From: Vicugna vicugna
Taxonomy: Eukaryota
Length of the DNA stretch: 64,000 nucleotides
Assembly: GCA_013265495.1 (NCBI GenBank)
Contig: MU058198.1
Location: 7,765,779-7,829,778, forward strand
Direction of reading: 5' to 3'
Under the pieces are notes generated by a model, which was given only the letters and a program-made list of their open reading frames with translations, had not been told where the DNA came from and searched no databases. The number at the start of each line of letters is the position of its first letter. Position 1 is the stretch's first letter. Shown here piece by piece: positions 63,108 through 64,000 of this stretch. Both the position numbers and the translations under genes were made by a program.

Positions 63108-63181
63108 GTACGCAGTCAGGAAGTACCAGCTCCTTTGAGTATGAGATGTCTCAGGAAGGCTTCAGTGCTGTCATCACCTCT
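63108..63181 (+). CDS. ITGAM: ITGAM exon 10 (GTQSGSTSSFEYEMSQEGFSAVITS); gene continues beyond window
   Basis: cacag|GTACG...ACCTCT|gtaagt; 74 nt. Confidence 0.95.
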
Positions 63182-63334
63182 GTAAGTGGTCTTTTGTTTA
63201 ATTGGTGTTGGGGGGTGCTAGATGAGGGGGAAGAAGAGGTGCAAGGATCTGGGGTCTCTTCTCTGACGGGTACTTGCTGGGAGGCACCTCTTTGATGGAC
63301 AGTGGTGGCCCCTTCTCTCTTCCTTGTCAATCCT

Positions 63335-64000
63335 GTTTTTTTTTTTTAATTGAGATGTAATGGACATATGAAATGATAGTATCTTCAGGGGTACAACATA
63401 ATGATTTGATGTACGTATGCAGCATTACAAAATGATCACCACAGTAAGTCCAGGTAGCATCCGTCACCACACATATTTACAAAAATGTTTTTTTCTTGTG
63501 GTGAGAACTTTTAAATTTTATTCTTGTAGCAACTTTCAAATATACAATACACTATTATTAACTACAGTCACCATGCTGTACCTTCAGGATTTATTTACCT
63601 TATAACTGGAAGTTTGTACTTTTTGACCACCTTCACCCATTTTTGCATCCACCCCTGCCTTTGGCAACCACCAGTCTGTTCTCTGTGTATGAGTTTGTTA
63701 TTTTAATTTAATTTTATCATTTTAATTCTACATATAAGTAAGATCACACAGTGTTTGTTTTTCTCTGTTTGACTTATTTCAGTTAGCATAATCCTCCAAG
63801 TCCATCTATGTTGTCACAGATGGTAGGATTTCCTTCTTCTTAATGGCTGAATGATATTCCATTGTATACATATATACCACATTTTCTTTATCCATTTATC
63901 CTTTGGTGAGTACTTAGGTTGCTCCCATGTTTCAGCTATTGTAAATAATGCTGTAATGATCATGGTTGCAAATATATTTTCAAGTTTGTATTTTCATTTC
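63335..64000 (-). mobile_element. L1 (L1MA/MB-like) 3' region running off the window end
   Basis: T-tail then ggtacaacataatgatttga...ggcaaccaccagtctgttctctgt...tccatctatgttgtcacagatggtaggatttccttc. Confidence 0.8.

Noticed and set aside
50619..63181. Possibility that the integrin is ITGAX or ITGAD rather than ITGAM
   Set aside because: The 28-nt exon 1 (RVLLLT), [35 protein letters not shown] and position directly after TRIM72 fit ITGAM

Overview
Mammalian genomic DNA, not prokaryotic. The window is syntenic with human 16p11.2 and carries four intact genes: the 3' half of FUS (exons 7-15, +), PYCARD/ASC (3 coding exons, -, 195 aa), TRIM72/MG53 (6 coding exons, +, 478 aa, with a probable non-coding exon 1 and MEF2/E-box promoter) and the first 10 exons of ITGAM/CD11b (+, through the I-domain). 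All exon boundaries were read by hand, follow GT-AG and keep frame. tRNA-derived SINEs resembling the camelid Vic-1 family, with no Alu, Bov-tA or PRE-1 noticed, suggest a camelid genome (inference). The most notable non-obvious element is a decayed PYD-only gene (PYDC1/POP1-like) nested antisense in TRIM72 intron 2. It is split over three reading frames but keeps its ATG and Kozak context, which open a 128-codon ORF. Other leads: an AG|GT recursive-type splice site in FUS intron 6, an ETS-IRF composite element and an in-frame upstream ATG at PYCARD, candidate myeloid enhancers, and young retro-insertions with perfect TSDs. Comparisons to human and mouse sequences are from memory and need alignment. 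No CRISPR, rRNA or true tRNA genes were seen.
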